This document shows, piece by piece, positions 51,120 to 61,979 of a stretch of DNA of 64,000 nt. A program made the position numbers and the translations under genes. How positions within the stretch are numbered: the stretch's first letter is position 1; each line of letters starts with the position of its first letter. Origin of the DNA: an uncultured Candidatus Saccharibacteria bacterium (GTDB lineage Bacteria > Patescibacteriota > Minisyncoccia > Phycocordibacterales > UBA9973); NCBI GenBank assembly GCA_964426555.1, contig CAYRQJ010000003.1:1229-65228 (forward strand). Direction: 5' to 3'. The notes beneath the pieces were generated by a model that saw nothing but the letters and a program-made list of their open reading frames with translations, was not told the origin of the DNA and searched no databases.

Positions 51120-51959
51120 TCAAATTAATTCTACTCTTTTATTTTGTTCACTATCCCAATATTTTATATCGGTAGCAAGATTAAATAACCATAGTAAATA
51201 AATGAACACCCAGCCAATATCAAATTCCCATTTTTTAATAGTGAATCTAGCTGAATTTTGATGTAAATGGTGAAAATAATGACGCCATTCTCCACCAGTC
51301 ATAAAGTTTAAAACTATCTTTACAACAAACCATATTGGGTATATTAACCAATATATTATTTTTGGAAGTTTTTCAATAGATTCAAATAAATTACTTGAAT
51401 AATCTTTGGTTATACGATCCTTTTCTTTTTTTGCATGACCCAGACCGTTTATAAAACCTCCGGCAACTATTGGTAAATACAAAAATTGAATAGCGAACAT
51501 TAATATTCCCGAAGTGTTAAAAATCAAAAGATAAGAAGCTAAGAGAATAACAGGACCAAACCAACTAAGTTTATAGAAAATATTCTTTTCAACCCAGCTA
51601 TTCCCCCATTCCATTTTTTCCATTTTTTCTTTTCTATTTTCGTCTACTGGTTTCAGTAAAAAGAAATACTCAACAAAAGTTGCAAATGGTCCTTTTATTT
51701 TTAATCCAAAAATTTTAATTGGATTTTTGGGACTATGCACATCTTCTAGTTTGTCAGAAGATGAATGATGGAATTTATGGACGATCACCCAGAATTTTGA
51801 CTTTACTCCGGTATTTAACCACAAAAAGAATTGTAGTATGTATTCAACTATTATATTGAGTTTTACTGCCCGGTGAGTTTTTGACCTGTGTAAATACACA
51901 GTAGTTGCAATTGTGCTCATAAAACACATAATGCAAACAATTATTATTTTGTTGTTCAT
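51120..51959 (-). CDS. Membrane fatty-acid (delta-9-type) desaturase
   Basis: His boxes YLHRSKTH, HKFHH, WRHYFHH; D.HSP; INGLGH; WEFDIGW; start moved to 51959. Confidence 0.88.
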   Translation of the reverse strand: MNNKIIIVCIMCFMSTIATTVYLHRSKTHRAVKLNIIVEYILQFFLWLNTGVKSKFWVIVHKFHHSSSDKLEDVHSPKNPIKIFGLKIKGPFATFVEYFFLLKPVDENRKEKMEKMEWGNSWVEKNIFYKLSWFGPVILLASYLLIFNTSGILMFAIQFLYLPIVAGGFINGLGHAKKEKDRITKDYSSNLFESIEKLPKIIYWLIYPIWFVVKIVLNFMTGGEWRHYFHHLHQNSARFTIKKWEFDIGWVFIYLLWLFNLATDIKYWDSEQNKRVELI

Positions 51960-52032
51960 GACATTATATTTTAAATTTTTATTATAATACCACAAAAAAT
52001 AAAATAAAAAAGGGTGCAAATAATTGCCCCTT

Positions 52033-52482
52033 TTATATTTTAAGATCTCTGTAATTAACAGTCTTTTTGTATTTTTGACTACCAGTTATTGATACTTCTA
52101 ATTCAAGTGTAGTATTTTTACTAATCCTAATTATAGTAAAATCATGATCTTTTTTTGGTGTCACTATAAATTCAGCATATCCTTTTAATATTTTAAATTT
52201 TTTAGCTCGAGTAAGAATAATTTTTCCACCTGAATTATTTTTAGCCTTAGAAATTTTTAATAAATTTTGATCCTTAATAAAAACTCCATTAGTTATTACA
52301 TTTATACGAATCATACCAAGACGACGCAAATAAATCTTTGGAATATCTTTAGTATCTAGAAAAATTATGTCTTCACAATCAAGACTTCCTTCTTTTAAAG
52401 AAACCCATTTTTCGGTTTGATTTTCAGATATTTTAATACCTGAATATGTGGAGAATGACTCCACTGTGTACAGTTTTGTCAT
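52033..52482 (-). CDS. Hypothetical protein
   Basis: 149-aa ORF. Confidence 0.55.
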   Translation of the reverse strand: MTKLYTVESFSTYSGIKISENQTEKWVSLKEGSLDCEDIIFLDTKDIPKIYLRRLGMIRINVITNGVFIKDQNLLKISKAKNNSGGKIILTRAKKFKILKGYAEFIVTPKKDHDFTIIRISKNTTLELEVSITGSQKYKKTVNYRDLKI

Positions 52483-52567
52483 TTTTGTTTTCTCCTTTCT
52501 TTTTACAATTTAACCACACATAGTTAAATTATGCAATATATAAGAAAAAACCGCTTTGAGCGGTTTT

Positions 52568-52723
52568 TTACTTCTTTACTTCTTTAAAGATTACATGTTT
52601 ACGCAATTTCTTTGAAAATTTCTTAAATTCAAGTTTTGCTGTAACAGTCTTTTTATTCTTACGAGTAAAATAGATTTCTTTTGTATCTTTATTCTGTAAT
52701 TTAACAAGGGATTTTTGTGCCAT
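52568..52723 (-). CDS. rpmG: 50S ribosomal protein L33, zinc-free type (not in the ORF track)
   Basis: Hand translation MAQKSLVKLQNKDTKEIYFTRKNKKTVTAKLEFKKFSKKLRKHVIFKEVKK*. Confidence 0.93.
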   Translation of the reverse strand: MAQKSLVKLQNKDTKEIYFTRKNKKTVTAKLEFKKFSKKLRKHVIFKEVKK

Positions 52724-52783
52724 AATATGTTGGTTAGCTGCTAGATTTTAGTGCTTAGCAGTACATGTAGATTAACACATTTA

Positions 52784-53905
52784 TTACTTTATTGCAATTC
52801 TCTTTATATTTGGGTTAATCCTGGTGACTATTTCATAGTTAATAGTACCGGCTAACCCAGCTACTTCGTCTGCTGTAATCTCTGCTTTGCCGTGTTTACC
52901 TATTATTGTAGCAGTATCCCCTGATTTTATGTTTTTAACAGCTGTAGCGTCTACTACACACATATTCATCATTACGCGACCTAAGATTTTACATTTAACA
53001 CCGCCACAAATTACATAACCAGTGTTAGACAATATTCGTGGTACCCCGTCCCAATACCCCACAGGTAATATTGCAATTTTCATTTTGTTTTTTGCAACAA
53101 ATGTAGCATTGTACGCCACAACATCACCCTTTGATATAACTTTCACTTGGGCAACTTTTGTTTTCCAAGACAAAGCCGGGGTTAGTTTTAATTTATTACC
53201 AATAGCTTTTTTTACTTCCATATCTGGCCATAAGCCATACATTCCAATTCCCACACGCACCATATCAAACGCTAAGTCATGATTCATTACAAAACCAGAT
53301 GTGGCACTAATATGAACTATTGGGTAATAATCGCGCTGATTAAATTCGTCTTGCCAAATTTTTATTTTTTCTGTTTGTTCTTTTGTAATTTTATTGAACT
53401 TTTTATTTTCTGCTCCAACAAAATGAGAATATATTGCAACAATATTTAAATCTATATTTTCTTTTAGAATTTTTAATACAGCTGGTAAATCTTCCATTAG
53501 CATTCCTTGTCTTGAAAGACCAGTATCTATTTTAAGATGAATTAAAAAGTTTGCTTTGTTTTTATTTTTTACTATTTTGTTTAATGTAACAAGCGATGCA
53601 ACAGTAATGTCTAATTTGTATTTTAGTGCTGTATCAAATTCGTCTTCTTCAATTTGCTTTAGTACAAGTATTGGTACTGATTTATAAGTTTTGCGCAACA
53701 CAACTGCGTCCGCAATATCAAAAACTGCTAAATAATCTACCCCAGCTCTTACGGCAGCATCTGCACATATATCCATACCATGACCATACGCATTGGCTTT
53801 AACCACTGCCATAAGCATAGTATTTTTGGGTAAAATTTTCTCGTAATTTTTAATATTACTTTGAACCGCACTACTACTAATTTCTACCCATGTTTTTTCA
53901 TTCAT
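52784..53905 (-). CDS. alr: Alanine racemase
   Basis: AVVKANAYGHG, HLKIDTGLSRQG, GYWDG, GRVMMN, TINYE. Confidence 0.97.
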   Translation of the reverse strand: MNEKTWVEISSSAVQSNIKNYEKILPKNTMLMAVVKANAYGHGMDICADAAVRAGVDYLAVFDIADAVVLRKTYKSVPILVLKQIEEDEFDTALKYKLDITVASLVTLNKIVKNKNKANFLIHLKIDTGLSRQGMLMEDLPAVLKILKENIDLNIVAIYSHFVGAENKKFNKITKEQTEKIKIWQDEFNQRDYYPIVHISATSGFVMNHDLAFDMVRVGIGMYGLWPDMEVKKAIGNKLKLTPALSWKTKVAQVKVISKGDVVAYNATFVAKNKMKIAILPVGYWDGVPRILSNTGYVICGGVKCKILGRVMMNMCVVDATAVKNIKSGDTATIIGKHGKAEITADEVAGLAGTINYEIVTRINPNIKRIAIK

Positions 53906-53939
53906 ATAACTATTCTAACATATTTGAAGTTTATTGAAA

Positions 53940-54111
53940 AAATCCCCATATTATGGGGATTTTATCATTGGCCACTCATAATTTTCTTGACTTAAAATTT
54001 GTGCGACCCCACCTCGCGGTTTTTGCCTTTCATTATCACTCAAACAAAAACATCGCTCCGGTTCACAAAACCTAAAAATCCCCAGCAGTGGGGATTTTAT
54101 TAACGGTTTTG
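53940..54111 (-). repeat. Structured trailer downstream of tRNA-Tyr
   Basis: Two AAATCCCCA...TGGGGATTT hairpins, an antisense copy of the tRNA 3' end, and a GCGATGTTTTTG...CAAAAACCGC stem. Confidence 0.6.
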
Positions 54112-54194
54112 TGCGCCGGGTTGGATTTGAACCAACGAAGCCCTGGGGCGACAGATTTACAGTCTGTTGTAATTGACCACTCTACCACCGACGC
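54112..54194 (-). tRNA. tRNA-Tyr(GTA)
   Basis: GCGTCGG...CCGGCGC-A; ACAGA-CTGTAAA-TCTGT; long variable arm. Confidence 0.95.
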
Positions 54195-54284
54195 ATGTAA
54201 AGAATATACACTATTTCTTATAATTTTTCAATTAAATAAAAATCTCCCATACGCTCTACGTCTGGGAGATTTTTATAATTAAAG

Positions 54285-56963
54285 TTATTTAACTTTTGGT
54301 CGCATTACAACTGTAGACTTTACACGTTTTCTTGTTTTATGTTCTACAACTAATTCCCCATTTTTTTCAGTTACTTCTACTATTGTTCCTGGTTTTATAT
54401 CATGAGCAATAATATGTGTAGCTATTGGATTTAAGATTTTAGTTTGAATTAATCTATTTAATGGTCGTGCTCCATAGTGTGGGTCGTAACCCAATTTTGC
54501 AAGTAGTTTGTATGCAGCATCGTTGATTTGTAAATCAATTCCTTTTAGAAGCAATCTATCTCTTACAACTTGAGTACGCAATGTTACAATTTCACGAATT
54601 GTCTCAGGTGACAAAACATCAAATACAATTACTTCATCTAATCTATTCAAGAATTCTGGACGGAAATGATTTTTTAATGCATCCAAGACTTTATCTTTTA
54701 CATCATTATATGCACTTGTTTGATTATGATCATTAAACCCAATAGATTCCATTTTATCTATAAACTGTGACCCTATGTTAGATGTAAGAATAATTATTGT
54801 ATTTTTAAAGTTTACTACGCGACCCTTTGCATCAGTCAGGCGGCCTTCGTCTAATACTTGTAGTAAAATATTGAATACTTCTGGATGAGCTTTTTCAACT
54901 TCGTCAAACAAAACTACAGAATAAGGACGGTGGCGCACAGCTTCGGTAAGTTGACCACTGTCATCGTGCCCTACATAGCCCGGAGGAGACCCCACAAGCT
55001 TTGATACGCTATGTCTTTCCATATATTCGCTCATATCTACACGAATAAGCGCCCTTTCGTCATTAAACATAAATTCAGCCAAAGCTTTGGTTAATTCAGT
55101 TTTACCTACACCAGTTGGACCCAGGAATATAAAAGATCCTATTGGTTTGTTTGGGTCACCAATTCCGGCACGGCTTCGTCTTACGGTTTCTGCAACTTTT
55201 TGTACAGCACTATCTTGCCCCACTACACGTTTGCGTAGTTCGTCTTCCATACGAATAAGTTTTTGCTTTTCTTCTTCTAACATGCGCATTAGTGGTATAC
55301 CAGTCCAACGGCTTACTACTTCGGCAATATCTTCCGCGGTAATTTCTTCTTTTAAGACACGACGAACTTTTTGCATCTTTTTTAGTTTCTGCATTTTTGC
55401 ATCCAGTTCTTTTTTTAGTATTGGAATTTCACCGTAACGAATTTCTGCGGCACGAGATAAATCTTGTTTTAGCTGAGCACTATCAGCTTCGTGACGCAGG
55501 GCTTCCAAATCTTTTTTAATTTGTCTTACACTAATTACAATTCCTTTTTCGTTATTCCAACGAACTTCTAAATCTTTTGTTTTACTTTTTTGAGAATTTA
55601 TTTCTTCGTCAATTATACTAATTCTGTCTTTTATCTCTTTATTTTGACCTTGTTTTGATAAATCTTTTTTTAATGCTTCTTTTTCTATTTCAAGACGCAT
55701 GATTCTACGATGAGAATCTTCTAATTCTTTTGGTTTGTTTTCTAGCGCAATCTTTAAAGAACTAGACGCTTCATCTATTAAATCTACTGCTTTGTCTGGC
55801 AAGAAACGGTTAGTAATATAGCGTGTTGAAAGATTTACTGCTGCCAAAATAGCATCATCAGTAATATGCACTCCGTGGAAAATTTCATATTTATCTTTAA
55901 GACCACGAAGAATTGCTACCGCGTCTTCTATACTTGGTTCTTCTACATAAACTGGTTGAAATCTTCTTGCTAATGCTGGGTCTTTTTCTATATGTTTTTG
56001 GTATTCTTTTATGGTTGTTGCGCCAATTGCTCGCAATTCCCCGCGTGCCAAGGCAGGCTTCAACATGTTTGAAGCGTCCAGTGATCCTTCACTGGCTCCT
56101 GCGCCTACAATGGTGTGTAATTCATCAATAAACAATATTATTTTACCTTCAGACTTTTCAACTTCTTTCATAATGTTGCGTAGTCTTTCTTCAAATTCTC
56201 CACGATATTTTGTACCAGCTAAAAGTAATCCCAAATCCAGTGAAATTATTTCTTTATCTTTCAGTGTATCTGGAATATCGCCTTTTACTATACGATTTGC
56301 AAGACCTTCTACTACTGCAGTTTTACCAGTACCGGCTTCTCCGATTAAAACTGGATTATTTTTTGTACGACGAGAAAGTATTTGCATTATGCGCATTATT
56401 TCACTGTCTCTCCCAATTACTGGATCCAGTTTATCTTCACGTGCCAGTGCATTTAAATTTCTAGCGTATTTGTCTAAATTTTTTGTCTTACTATTTTTTG
56501 AAGATACTTCATTTGGTGATTCTTTTACTTCATTCATTATTTTTAAAACAGATTCTTTTGATATTTTAAAACGGTCTAATATATGTCTTGCTTCAGATTG
56601 AACATCAAACAAAGATAAGAATAAATGTTCTACATCTACAAATTCACTTTTAGAAGCTGTTGCTACTTTACTAGAATGCTCAATAACCTGAGCCAAGTCA
56701 GGTGTAAGATAAATTTGGTATGAAGCAGACAATGTATTACCGCGTTCAGGCATTTCAATTTGTTCTAGTATTACGTCTACAAGATGCGCAGTATCAATAT
56801 CTAGCCTGTCTAGTAGTGGTAGTACTACAGAATCTTCTGTGGTTACAAGTGCCGCAAGAAGATGCAGTGATGACACGTGATTTTGACCACGTTCAATAAC
56901 AAATTCGTGTGCGTGACGAATAATTTCTTTTGCTTTTGTTGTAAAATGATTAAATGGTGGCAT
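54285..56963 (-). CDS. clpB: ClpB/ClpC family AAA+ chaperone
   Basis: Two AAA modules ([16 protein letters not shown]), LDPVIGR, long middle coiled coil. Confidence 0.92.
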   Translation of the reverse strand: MPPFNHFTTKAKEIIRHAHEFVIERGQNHVSSLHLLAALVTTEDSVVLPLLDRLDIDTAHLVDVILEQIEMPERGNTLSASYQIYLTPDLAQVIEHSSKVATASKSEFVDVEHLFLSLFDVQSEARHILDRFKISKESVLKIMNEVKESPNEVSSKNSKTKNLDKYARNLNALAREDKLDPVIGRDSEIMRIMQILSRRTKNNPVLIGEAGTGKTAVVEGLANRIVKGDIPDTLKDKEIISLDLGLLLAGTKYRGEFEERLRNIMKEVEKSEGKIILFIDELHTIVGAGASEGSLDASNMLKPALARGELRAIGATTIKEYQKHIEKDPALARRFQPVYVEEPSIEDAVAILRGLKDKYEIFHGVHITDDAILAAVNLSTRYITNRFLPDKAVDLIDEASSSLKIALENKPKELEDSHRRIMRLEIEKEALKKDLSKQGQNKEIKDRISIIDEEINSQKSKTKDLEVRWNNEKGIVISVRQIKKDLEALRHEADSAQLKQDLSRAAEIRYGEIPILKKELDAKMQKLKKMQKVRRVLKEEITAEDIAEVVSRWTGIPLMRMLEEEKQKLIRMEDELRKRVVGQDSAVQKVAETVRRSRAGIGDPNKPIGSFIFLGPTGVGKTELTKALAEFMFNDERALIRVDMSEYMERHSVSKLVGSPPGYVGHDDSGQLTEAVRHRPYSVVLFDEVEKAHPEVFNILLQVLDEGRLTDAKGRVVNFKNTIIILTSNIGSQFIDKMESIGFNDHNQTSAYNDVKDKVLDALKNHFRPEFLNRLDEVIVFDVLSPETIREIVTLRTQVVRDRLLLKGIDLQINDAAYKLLAKLGYDPHYGARPLNRLIQTKILNPIATHIIAHDIKPGTIVEVTEKNGELVVEHKTRKRVKSTVVMRPKVK

Positions 56964-56971
56964 ATATATTC

Positions 56972-58219
56972 TTAGTATAACACGCCCTTGTATGTTCGGG
57001 CTATATCGTTAATTGCTATTAATAATTTGTCTATATCTTTTTTATTTGTTTTATTTCCAAAGGAAATTCTAATGCTTCCTAACTGATTATACGTTTTATT
57101 TTCTTTTTTCTTACTAATTTCTTGTATTACATAAGATTCCCCAGAATCACTGGATTTACAAGCACTTTTACTGGATACTATTACCCCGCGTGCATCTAGC
57201 TCTATCGCCAATTGTTGTCCAGTTAAATAAGGAAAAGATAAATTTACAATACTGGGAATAGAATTAGTATTACTATTTTCTACAAAATACAGTTCTTTGG
57301 GTTTACTAATTTTATTTATTGAATCTAATAAATATTTTTTTAATTCAGTATATTTTTGTTCATTTTTATTTATTACTTTTTTTAAATCACTAACAGCTAA
57401 ACTAAAACCGTAAGCTAACGCATGTGGTACAGTCCCAGGTCGTAAATTCATCTCTTGATTTCCACCACCGTAAATTGACATAACATCAACATGTCTTTTT
57501 TTATAAAGTACAGCAATACCTTGGGGGCCGTTTATTTTTACACTGTTATATGACATTAGCTCTACCCCCTTTCTAATAAATGGAGAAATATCCATATGGG
57601 CAAAGGCTTGGCAAGCATCTAAATGAATATACGGATAAAATGGTTTTGCAAAAAATCTTGTACTTTTAATATTGTTAGATTGTTCTTTGTATAAATTTAT
57701 TTTTTTTATTAGATCATTTATGTTTTGCACCACACCAATTTCACTGTTTACTAAATGTATACTAATAATTACAGTGTCTTTGTTTATTAAACTAACTATT
57801 TCATTTATATTTAAAATTCCAAATTCATCGGGCGCTACATAGCTAATATTTGCCATTTTTAATTCAGATAGTAATTTACATGTTTCCAATACTGCGCTAT
57901 GTTCAATAGTTGAAGTAATTATATGAGGTAAATTTATTTCTTTTTTTGCAGTATAGACTGTTCCCATTATTGCCAGTGCTATGCTTTCTGTACCACTACT
58001 AGTAAAAAATATTTCGTCATTATGCGCATTAATATAACTGGCGATATTATTTCTAGCATTATTTAAAAAAATATTTGATTTTTCACCAGCAGAATGTGGT
58101 GACGAACTATTTGCCCAAAATAAAGCCATTGCAACACCAATTCTCTTTGCAATAGATTTGTTTATAATTCCACCCGACGCATAGTCCAAATATGTTTTTT
58201 TTGGCCCCAAAATACTCAT
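56972..58219 (-). CDS. Cysteine desulfurase (IscS/NifS-like)
   Basis: [42 protein letters not shown]; start moved to 58219. Confidence 0.88.
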   Translation of the reverse strand: MSILGPKKTYLDYASGGIINKSIAKRIGVAMALFWANSSSPHSAGEKSNIFLNNARNNIASYINAHNDEIFFTSSGTESIALAIMGTVYTAKKEINLPHIITSTIEHSAVLETCKLLSELKMANISYVAPDEFGILNINEIVSLINKDTVIISIHLVNSEIGVVQNINDLIKKINLYKEQSNNIKSTRFFAKPFYPYIHLDACQAFAHMDISPFIRKGVELMSYNSVKINGPQGIAVLYKKRHVDVMSIYGGGNQEMNLRPGTVPHALAYGFSLAVSDLKKVINKNEQKYTELKKYLLDSINKISKPKELYFVENSNTNSIPSIVNLSFPYLTGQQLAIELDARGVIVSSKSACKSSDSGESYVIQEISKKKENKTYNQLGSIRISFGNKTNKKDIDKLLIAINDIARTYKGVLY

Positions 58220-58284
58220 ATATTTTATACTATCATACAAAAAATATCCTTGCAAAATAAGCATTTTCATGTATAATATAAAAC

Positions 58285-58743
58285 ATGTTTTCACCCTCAT
58301 TTATAGTAATTTTAATTCTTTGTATCATAGTACTAGTACTGGCAATACATGCTTTTATTTTAGAAAGCAGACTTAAAAAACTATTTCGTGGAGAAAATGC
58401 AAAATCTCTTGAAAAAATTATTGCAGAAATGCAATCAAGACTAAATGCGCACAACGCTCATGCTGTAAAAAATTCAAGTGATTTATTAGCATTAGCTGAT
58501 AATATGAAAAGCAGAATTAGAAGCGTAAAAGCTATGAGATTTAAGCCTTTTGAAGATGCTGGTAGTAATCAAAGTTTTGCAATAGCAATAATTGACGACC
58601 ACCAAGACGGAGTTGTGCTTTCTAGTCTTTACACCAGAGATAGAATGAGTGTTTTTGCAAAACCAATTACAAAAGGTAAATCTGAATACGAATTAACTAA
58701 TGAAGAAAAAAATGTTTTAGAGTCGGCAAAACAACAAGCTTAA
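58285..58743 (+). CDS. DUF4446-like membrane-anchored protein
   Basis: RFKPFEDAGSNQSFAIAIID...GVVLSSLYTR...FAKPI.KGKS.Y.LT.EE. Confidence 0.8.
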   Translation: MFSPSFIVILILCIIVLVLAIHAFILESRLKKLFRGENAKSLEKIIAEMQSRLNAHNAHAVKNSSDLLALADNMKSRIRSVKAMRFKPFEDAGSNQSFAIAIIDDHQDGVVLSSLYTRDRMSVFAKPITKGKSEYELTNEEKNVLESAKQQA

Positions 58744-58755
58744 TAAGAAAAATAT

Positions 58756-60252
58756 ATGCAAGAAAAAACTAAAATAATTTCAAAACAACCGATTGTGTCT
58801 GTAATGGGCCATGTTGACCATGGTAAATCTACCCTGCTTGATTATATTCGTAAATCTAATATTGTAGCTGGAGAATCTGGAGGAATTACTCAACACATTG
58901 CGGCTTATGAAGTAATGCACGAAACAAAAGATGGAGATTTAAAGAAAATAACATTTCTAGATACTCCGGGGCATGCGGCTTTTACTGCTATGCGTGTTCG
59001 TGGAGCTAACTGTGCTGATATAGCAATACTTGTGGTTTCAGCAGAAGATGGAGTAAAGACTCAAACACTGGAAGCATTGTCTGCAATTGTTGATAGCAAA
59101 ATTCCATATATCGTAGCTATTAATAAAATAGACAAACCCGGAGCAAATATTGAACGTACTAAAAATACATTACTTGAAAACGGAGTATATCTTGAAGGTA
59201 TGGGTGGAGATATTCCTTGGGCAGCAATTTCAGCTAAAACTGGAGAAGGAATCGACGAATTACTAGAATTAGTATTATTCGTTACAGAATTTCATGAAAT
59301 GCGTGTAGATTTAGCACGCCCCGCAAATGGTATAGTCTTAGAGTCTTTAAACGACCCAAAACGCGGTATAACTGCAACACTTATAATAAAAGAAGGTACA
59401 CTAAAAAAGGGCTCATTTATAGTATCTGGCGAAACAATAGTTACTACAAGAATGATGGAGAATTTCTTAGGTAAATCAATTACTGAAGCATATGCTTCGT
59501 CCCCTGTTACTGTAGTTGGTTTTAATACTGTTCCAGCTGTTGGGGCAGAATTTACTACATTTGATAATAAAAAAGATGCAGAAAAAGCAATAGAAAAAAA
59601 CAAAGAAGGAGCTTTGACTCAAAATAAATTTGCTGAAAAACATACAGAATTTTCAGTACCATTAATTATCAAAGCAGATGTAGTTGGTAGTATTGAAGCT
59701 ATTGAAAAAGAAGTACACAAATTAGATACCGAATTAGCTGGATTTCATATAGTTCACACTGGTGTTGGTAATATAAATGAAAATGATATGAAATTAGCTT
59801 TAGCTGATAGATCTACAATTATTGTAGGTTTTAATGTGGCTATCGACAAAAAAGCAACAGACTACAAAGACCAAATGGGTATAAATGTAGAGGTATTTGA
59901 TATTATTTATAAACTTACAGAAAAATTAGAAACTACACTGGAAGAACTACGTCCAAGAAAAGAAATAGAAAGCGTTAGTGGTGAAATGAAAATACTAAAA
60001 TGTTTTAACCAAACAAAAGACAAACAAGTAATTGGTTGTAGTGTTATTACTGGGTCAGTAAAAATTGGGTCATTTGTAAAAATAATGCGAAGAGAACATA
60101 TGATAGGCCAAGGTAAAATTACTGAGATGCAACACAATAAAAGTAAATCCAAAGAAGTATTTGAAGGTGACGAATGTGGTATTCAAGTTGAAACAAAGAT
60201 AACATTGGCTCCGGCAGATGTATTACAAGCTGTGTATAAAGAAATAAAATAA
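58756..60252 (+). CDS. infB: Translation initiation factor IF-2 (short form)
   Basis: [32 protein letters not shown]; lacks the long N-terminal domain. Confidence 0.97.
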   Translation: MQEKTKIISKQPIVSVMGHVDHGKSTLLDYIRKSNIVAGESGGITQHIAAYEVMHETKDGDLKKITFLDTPGHAAFTAMRVRGANCADIAILVVSAEDGVKTQTLEALSAIVDSKIPYIVAINKIDKPGANIERTKNTLLENGVYLEGMGGDIPWAAISAKTGEGIDELLELVLFVTEFHEMRVDLARPANGIVLESLNDPKRGITATLIIKEGTLKKGSFIVSGETIVTTRMMENFLGKSITEAYASSPVTVVGFNTVPAVGAEFTTFDNKKDAEKAIEKNKEGALTQNKFAEKHTEFSVPLIIKADVVGSIEAIEKEVHKLDTELAGFHIVHTGVGNINENDMKLALADRSTIIVGFNVAIDKKATDYKDQMGINVEVFDIIYKLTEKLETTLEELRPRKEIESVSGEMKILKCFNQTKDKQVIGCSVITGSVKIGSFVKIMRREHMIGQGKITEMQHNKSKSKEVFEGDECGIQVETKITLAPADVLQAVYKEIK

Positions 60253-60253
60253 T

Positions 60254-60589
60254 ATGGCAGGATACAGAGGTGAACAAATACGAGAGCGAGTTCGTGAAAT
60301 AGTTTCTAAATATGTTAGTCGCGAAACTAATGGTAGAAGCATAATTAGCGTATCTACTGTGGACATAAACGACAAGGCAGACATAGCAGTAATCTTTGTA
60401 ACTGTTATTCCGGAAAGTGAGGAAAAAGCTGCAATGGATTTCCTAAAAAGAAAAAGAAGTGAAATTAGAAAAGATATAATGAAAAAATTACCAATTGCAC
60501 GCATACCCGTAATTGATTTTAAAATAGATGTCGGAGAAAAATTAGTAAGTAGAATTACTGAAATAGAACAAAATGAAAAAACCGCATAA
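60254..60589 (+). CDS. rbfA: Ribosome-binding factor A
   Basis: Follows infB; ISVSTVD...A.IFV...RIP.IDF.ID. Confidence 0.85.
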   Translation: MAGYRGEQIRERVREIVSKYVSRETNGRSIISVSTVDINDKADIAVIFVTVIPESEEKAAMDFLKRKRSEIRKDIMKKLPIARIPVIDFKIDVGEKLVSRITEIEQNEKTA

Positions 60590-60615
60590 TGCGGTTTTTT
60601 CATTTTGTCATTTAG

Positions 60616-60688
60616 TGCCTCGTGAGGGGATCGAACCCCCGACCATCTCCTTAAGAGGGAGCTGCTCTACCAGCTGAGCTAACAAGGC
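60616..60688 (-). tRNA. tRNA-Lys(CTT)
   Basis: GCCTTGT...ACGAGGC-A; anticodon loop CT-CTT-AA. Confidence 0.93.
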
Positions 60689-60789
60689 AAAACAAAAATT
60701 AAAATTTTGTTAAGTTAGTTTATAATAAATAAACATAAAAATCAATCTGCTATTGAATATTTTCTTAAAATAGTATAAAGTATATCCAT

Positions 60790-60871
60790 GCCGAGGTGGC
60801 GAAATTGGTAGACGCACTGGTCTTAGGAACCAGCTCCGCAAGGAATGGAGGTTCAAGTCCTCTCCTCGGCA
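60790..60871 (+). tRNA. tRNA-Leu(TAG)
   Basis: GCCGAGG...CCTCGGC-A; CTGGT-CTTAGGA-ACCAG. Confidence 0.95.
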
Positions 60872-60888
60872 CACGCCCTCACCCAATT

Positions 60889-60973
60889 GCCCGAGTGATG
60901 GAATGGTAGACATAGGGGACTTAAAATCCCCAGGACATAGTCCGTGTGGGTTCGAGTCCCACCTTGGGCACCA
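60889..60973 (+). tRNA. tRNA-Leu(TAA)
   Basis: GCCCGAG...CTTGGGC-ACCA; GGGGA-CTTAAAA-TCCCC. Confidence 0.95.
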
Positions 60974-60978
60974 AGAGA

Positions 60979-61084
60979 GCACGCAAGGCGTGCGTGTGGA
61001 CGAGAAAACCTTTTCTATATTTATGAGCCCCGTTATGTTCTCGGGGTGAATAAATAGAAAAGGTGTACAGATCCTGTAAGGATC
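60979..61084 (+). ncRNA. Unassigned three-hairpin structured spacer
   Basis: GCACGC-AAG-GCGTGC; ACCTTTTCTAT...ATAGAAAAGGT with inner CCCCG/CGGGG; GATCCT-GTA-AGGATC. Confidence 0.4.
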
Positions 61085-61106
61085 GAGTTCTGGTATTAAA
61101 TAACAA

Positions 61107-61178
61107 GGTCCAGTCGCCAAGTGGTAAGGCAAGAGTCTGCAAAACTCTTATACGGCGGTTCGATTCCGCCCTGGGCCT
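61107..61178 (+). tRNA. tRNA-Cys(GCA)
   Basis: GGTCCAG...CTGGGCC-T; AGAGT-CTGCAAA-ACTCT. Confidence 0.95.
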
Positions 61179-61231
61179 CACTAAACGACAATATAAAAAA
61201 CCGCTATTAATAGCGGTTTTTTATATTTATT

Positions 61232-61480
61232 TTATGAAGCAGATTGTAATGTATTTATAAGTAAGTTTAATATTCCATAAACTCCAAACATTATAAACAA
61301 ACCAATTAATCCCCACATCATATGTTTAGTCCCCTTGTTTCTAGCTTCTTCACTGCTAGCATCCATTATCATTTCAACTACTCCCCAAATAAACACAACC
61401 AGGGCAACTATAAACATTAGTTTAATTAAAGGTTGTACAATATTTGAGACCAATGCTCCGATAATTTTGGAACTATCCAT
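61232..61480 (-). CDS. VirB2/TrbC-like pilin (CPR type)
   Basis: TM - 'SSEEARNKGTKHMMWGLIGLFIMFGVYGIL' - TM. Confidence 0.8.
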   Translation of the reverse strand: MDSSKIIGALVSNIVQPLIKLMFIVALVVFIWGVVEMIMDASSEEARNKGTKHMMWGLIGLFIMFGVYGILNLLINTLQSAS

Positions 61481-61488
61481 AAATTAAA

Positions 61489-61890
61489 TTAACAGTTTTG
61501 ACTTTGACCAGGAACACAAGGAAGTGTTACATCAGCAGAACCAGGTGTACCAGTACCTAATGTACGACGTACGATAGCTACAAGACCCCAAATTGTTGTT
61601 ATAACGAATAGACCCAACACACCATACAAGATTGTACCTTGAGCTTTCTTTTGAGCTTCTTCCCCACCACTACGTCCTGCAATGATGAATTGCACTACAC
61701 CAATGATGATCATTAAGATAGCAAACCCTACTAAAACACGAATGAACAAGTTCATTAATGATTGACCAGTACTAAGGATTGTTCCTACTGTTTGTGGACC
61801 AGTATAAGCTGGACCAACGTTAGTAGTACCCTGAGCAAATGATGCAATAGGAGCCAAGAAACCGAAAGCAAGTATTAATAAATTACGCAT
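61489..61890 (-). CDS. VirB2/TrbC-like pilin (CPR type)
   Basis: Signal peptide, GVVQFI...EEAQKKAQGTILYGVLGLFVITTIWGLV. Confidence 0.8.
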   Translation of the reverse strand: MRNLLILAFGFLAPIASFAQGTTNVGPAYTGPQTVGTILSTGQSLMNLFIRVLVGFAILMIIIGVVQFIIAGRSGGEEAQKKAQGTILYGVLGLFVITTIWGLVAIVRRTLGTGTPGSADVTLPCVPGQSQNC

Positions 61891-61979
61891 ATTAAATGAA
61901 AATTCTTTGTTAATAATATAGTCTTATTATACTATATATTCTTATAATCAAGCAAGGAAATAAGGTCTTTTGTGTATAA

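Noticed and set aside
543-61222. Recurring AAAAAACCGC...GCGGTTTTTT hairpins (about 543, 52545, 60576, 61195) as a mobile repeat
   Set aside because: All lie at gene 3' ends with A/T tracts and are adequately explained as intrinsic terminators.
46560-61260. ORFs overlapping tRNA genes (46560-46760, 50852-51064, 54088-54282, 60710-61132, 60921-61181, 61063-61260)
   Set aside because: Shadow frames of tRNA sequences.
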